DNA of 43,959 nucleotides from a virus: UHGV virus genome UHGV-0342795; one strand, 5' to 3'. Shown piece by piece: positions 42,611 to 43,959 of this stretch (position 1 is its first letter; each line of letters starts with the position of its first letter). The notes under the pieces were generated by a model. It saw only the letters and a program-made list of their open reading frames with translations, ran no database searches and was not told where the DNA came from. The position numbers and the translations under genes were made by a program.

Positions 42611-43345
42611 ATGGCTGCAACTGAAAAGCTAAACGTAGACTTCTCCAAGGAGCGAATCGACCTTGTAACGCAGGGGACTGGACTGGCATTGTCTCAGTTC
42701 AGTAACTCTTGCATGTTAGGTCAGTTCTTCGCGGCCTTCCTTGAAGAGTCTCAGGAACTGTTCGACAGCATCCTTGCGATGGAAGAAGGTCGTACGTTAT
42801 ATGCCGCCAAGGGAAGTAATCTTGATGCTTTAGGTCGCATAGTAGGGGAGCCAAGAACAGCTTTTCAATACAGTGACCTTAGCTACATGTGGGCTGATAG
42901 AAATTCACAAGGTGTAGATAAGATTGAAGTATGGGTTACAAATGCAACTTTGTCTAGCAAAGTCATTCCTAACGACTCAACTTATCGTAACAGAATACTA
43001 GGTAAGATTCTTAAAAATTTCACGTTAGCCGCGTCTGTTCCAGAAATTTTGAATCTTATTTCAAATTTGTACGGCTATGATGTTAGTTTTGTGAAAAAAG
43101 GCCCTTTTACTATAGACTTAATGCTGCCCTCAACAATCAGCACCACAGTGTACTCGGCTTTGACCAGATTCTTTGATGACTTAACAGTAGAGCGTAACTG
43201 TTATGTAAGCTATCCAGCCACCTTGTCTATTGAAGATGTGATATTTGCTCCCAAGAACTACTTCTGCGCTGACCGTATGGGAGGTCAGCAATGCGATGCA
43301 GGTAGGACTGGCATTGTTACCCACAAACCTATCCAGGGGAATTAA
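42611..43345 (+). CDS. Baseplate protein (gpI/XkdU-like)
   Basis: The call is by position, between J and the tail fibre. Confidence 0.45.
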   Translation: MAATEKLNVDFSKERIDLVTQGTGLALSQFSNSCMLGQFFAAFLEESQELFDSILAMEEGRTLYAAKGSNLDALGRIVGEPRTAFQYSDLSYMWADRNSQGVDKIEVWVTNATLSSKVIPNDSTYRNRILGKILKNFTLAASVPEILNLISNLYGYDVSFVKKGPFTIDLMLPSTISTTVYSALTRFFDDLTVERNCYVSYPATLSIEDVIFAPKNYFCADRMGGQQCDAGRTGIVTHKPIQGN

Positions 43346-43347
43346 AT

Positions 43348-43959
43348 ATGGCAAACCAAGACAGAGTCAATTTCGTTTGGGCGGAATCTGCGCTCACGAC
43401 TATTCCTCCTATTCCGGTATCCGAGGTCGCGTATAGAGACACTACGCAGACCCCTGAACAAATGGAGGTTGGTCAGCAGTATGACACAATCTACAACTCC
43501 GCCCGACACAACCAGTTGCTGTTTCTCATTACCTCGGTCGCAAAGACCTTGTGTGAAAATGGCATAATGCCTTTCCTTGCGGGTCAGGAATACGCGCAAT
43601 ACGCTCGCTGCATTTTTACCGACGGAAAAATATACTACGCCTCTAGAGCGATTGAGGCTAACGAGTCCCCGTATCCTACCCCAAAAGATGAATCCAATGT
43701 TTGGTTTCGTGAAAATAGCGGCGGCGGCGGCGTTTCAGCAGGCGCGGTAGTACCTTACTACAAAGTAACCCTTGGAGGCCCTGAAAGCAGAAATCCCATT
43801 TTTTGGGGACAAGACGAGTTTGACCCTACTTGGCTCCTATGCGACGGAGGCAGTGACGGTAGAGGAGGCACGGTTCCCAATTTGAGTGAAAAGTTTGTCT
43901 TGGGCACCACTAATATTAGTGACATTGGCAACACAGGAGGAGGGTATTCTGGTAGCGTT
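43348..43959 (+). CDS. Tail fibre protein, N-terminal part (3'-truncated by the window end) with beginning of a collar-like domain
   Basis: The segment WLLCDGGSDGRGGTVPNLSEKFVLGTTN...GNTGGGYSGS resembles the phage tail-collar domain (W..CDG......P.L.G+F..G). The frame ends exactly on a codon boundary at 43959 and is in frame with base 1. Confidence 0.6.
   Translation, partial: MANQDRVNFVWAESALTTIPPIPVSEVAYRDTTQTPEQMEVGQQYDTIYNSARHNQLLFLITSVAKTLCENGIMPFLAGQEYAQYARCIFTDGKIYYASRAIEANESPYPTPKDESNVWFRENSGGGGVSAGAVVPYYKVTLGGPESRNPIFWGQDEFDPTWLLCDGGSDGRGGTVPNLSEKFVLGTTNISDIGNTGGGYSGSV

Overview
This window looks like a near-complete genome of a tailed phage with a contractile tail, about 44 kb. Both window ends carry in-frame, same-strand fragments of what looks like one tail-fibre gene, so the contig is probably a circularly joined assembly. 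The left arm (~1.1-18.6 kb) is transcribed leftward and carries the replication and nucleotide-metabolism module: family-A DNA polymerase, UvrD-like helicase, AEP primase-polymerase, two PD-(D/E)xK-type nucleases, an SNF2-like helicase, an ATP-dependent DNA ligase, an HD phosphohydrolase, a thymidylate-synthase-fold/dCMP-deaminase fusion, a GT2-like glycosyltransferase, a bacterioferritin and several unknowns. A 1.26-kb non-coding control region follows (18.58-19.84 kb) with divergent copies of one conserved sigma70-like promoter, palindromic 20-mers, A-tract repeats and a GC-rich structured segment. The right arm is transcribed rightward: a highly GC-rich unknown gene, a lysis cassette (amidase, lipoprotein, putative holin) and the packaging/head/tail genes. 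These include TerL, portal, a MuF-like protein followed by a separate ADP-ribosyltransferase-like ORF, scaffold, decoration and major capsid proteins, neck proteins, sheath, tube, a chaperone with a -1 frameshift, tape measure, a PBSX/P2-like baseplate and the tail fibre. The most interesting candidate is a possible DNA base-hypermodification set. It comprises the TS-fold protein (Asp at the TS Asn177 specificity position, fused to a dCMP-deaminase domain), the GT2-like glycosyltransferase, the HD 5'-nucleotidase-like protein and a 313-aa unknown. Other notable items are a bona fide phage-encoded bacterioferritin, a capsid-packaged ART-like toxin candidate, three copies of a phage promoter motif, and several short iteron arrays. 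All calls rest on motif reading by eye; no searches were run.
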